A program made the translations under genes and the position numbers. From positions 10,900 to 74,899 of the forward strand of contig JAZNRZ010000001.1 of assembly GCA_045590975.1 (NCBI GenBank): a DNA stretch of 64,000 nt, given 5' to 3'. The DNA is from Candidatus Nanosyncoccaceae bacterium (GTDB taxonomy: Bacteria > Patescibacteriota > Saccharimonadia > Saccharimonadales > Saccharimonadaceae). Positions 62,979-64,000 of the stretch are shown piece after piece (the first letter of the stretch is position 1; the number at the start of each line of letters is the position of its first letter). The notes under the pieces are model-generated. The model ran no database searches. It was not told the DNA's origin and saw only the letters and a program-made list of their open reading frames with translations.

Positions 62979-64000
62979 CTAAACTTTGCGAATCTGAATA
63001 GAGTTCGTGCCACCTTCAACATCGCGGAAGCCAGAAACTAGAACTACAGTAAGTTCAGTCTTGCCTTCTGGAAGCTTTAGGTAACCACTGTTCTTCAAAT
63101 CCTGAACTGCATCGAATGCGTAGTTCTCATCGAATTCGCGGACATATGCAGTGTTTGCAAAGCGAAGTGCTAGCTGACCAGCAACACGCTTGTCACTTGT
63201 AACGCTAACAATTGGCATGTTTGGACGCTGTGCTGCGATTGCGTTTGCAGTTTCACCGCTGCGGGTAGCAACTGCGATAACGTCAGCATCAAGATCGTTT
63301 GCCATCTTTACGGCTGCAGCTGCAAGAATATCATAATTCTTGTAGTTACCAACTGGTTCTGCTTCTAGTGGGCAGATTTCGCTATGATCCTGGGTATAAA
63401 GAATAATCTTCTTCATAGTCTTGATAGCTTCGATTGGATACTTACCGTTTGCAGATTCATCGGAAAGCATTGTTGCGTCTGCGCCAAGAAGAACGGCTGT
63501 AGCAACGTCGTTAACCTCTGCACGAGTTGGTTCTGGGTTGTCTACCATGCTACCAAGCATCTGAGTTGCAACGATACAGAGCTTAGAATGCTGGCGAGAT
63601 AGAGCCAAGAGCTTGCGCTCAACGATAGGAACGATTTCTGCGCCTGCCTCGATAGCAAGGTCGCCACGAGCAACCATGATACCATCGGAAGCCTTAACGA
63701 TTTCTTCAAGATTTTCGTCTGTTTCGACAGCTTTCTTGGTTTCAATCTTTGCAACAATCTTTGCGCGGCTACCAAAACCAACAAGAAGCTGGCGGATGCG
63801 CTCAATATCTGCAGCGGTCTGAATAAAGCTTACGGCAACATAGTCGAAGTCGCGGCTTGCACCAAACTCTAGGTCGGCCTTATCCTTTTCAGTCAAGATG
63901 TTGCCACCAAGATCGGTTTCTGGAAGGTTGATACCCTTGCGGCTCTGAATATGACCATCGTTAAGAATACGGACCTTGATAGCGGTATCGGAAACGATTT
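62979..64000 (-). CDS. pyk: pyruvate kinase, C-terminal two thirds; 5' end outside window
   Basis: The frame stays open upstream of the track start: ...GHIQSRKGINLPETDLGGNILTEKDKADLEFG..., MVARGDLAIE, C-terminal regulatory domain. Confidence 0.93.
   Translation of the reverse strand, partial: IVSDTAIKVRILNDGHIQSRKGINLPETDLGGNILTEKDKADLEFGASRDFDYVAVSFIQTAADIERIRQLLVGFGSRAKIVAKIETKKAVETDENLEEIVKASDGIMVARGDLAIEAGAEIVPIVERKLLALSRQHSKLCIVATQMLGSMVDNPEPTRAEVNDVATAVLLGADATMLSDESANGKYPIEAIKTMKKIILYTQDHSEICPLEAEPVGNYKNYDILAAAAVKMANDLDADVIAVATRSGETANAIAAQRPNMPIVSVTSDKRVAGQLALRFANTAYVREFDENYAFDAVQDLKNSGYLKLPEGKTELTVVLVSGFRDVEGGTNSIQIRKV

Overview
The window reads as a chromosomal segment of a small-genome, Patescibacteria/Saccharibacteria-like bacterium. 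That assignment is inferred from gene content only. Core genes present: SF1 helicase-nuclease (5' partial), dinB, polA, uvrA, uvrB, topA, gltX, der, pth, rplY, murD, a class I aldolase, pgk, pyk (partial), an H+/Na+-pyrophosphatase and one tRNA-Glu(CUC). I found no rRNA, CRISPR array, transposase or integrase.

Most core genes are leaderless, with TGnTAnAAT followed by 6-8 nt and then the start codon. Interspersed among them are self-contained accessory cassettes: a consensus TTGAC-17-TATAAT promoter, a strong AAGGAGG Shine-Dalgarno (SD), the ORF, and a GC-rich terminator. These cassettes use visibly different codons (CCC/CCG rather than CCA for Pro).

Main second-look items:
1. Two paralogous loci (5.05-5.35 kb and 30.9-31.2 kb) lie in apparently empty intergenic DNA. 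Each encodes a conserved 27-codon ORF with a long leader, convergently overlapped at its 3' end by a ~70-nt sRNA. This is a type I toxin-antitoxin-like layout with an atypical peptide.
2. A translationally coupled 4-gene operon (55.6-60.2 kb) encodes a kinase-like protein, a vWA protein, a very divergent adenylosuccinate-synthetase (PurA)-like enzyme and an unknown protein. A divergent nucleotidyltransferase-like gene lies on one side and an iteron/AT-rich region bracketed by direct repeats on the other.
3. Several candidate structured RNAs, a hidden 31-aa basic leaderless gene, a three-copy REP-like intergenic element, tRNA-3'-end att-like remnants, and a reused promoter cassette.

All calls rest on reading the sequence. 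No database search was possible.
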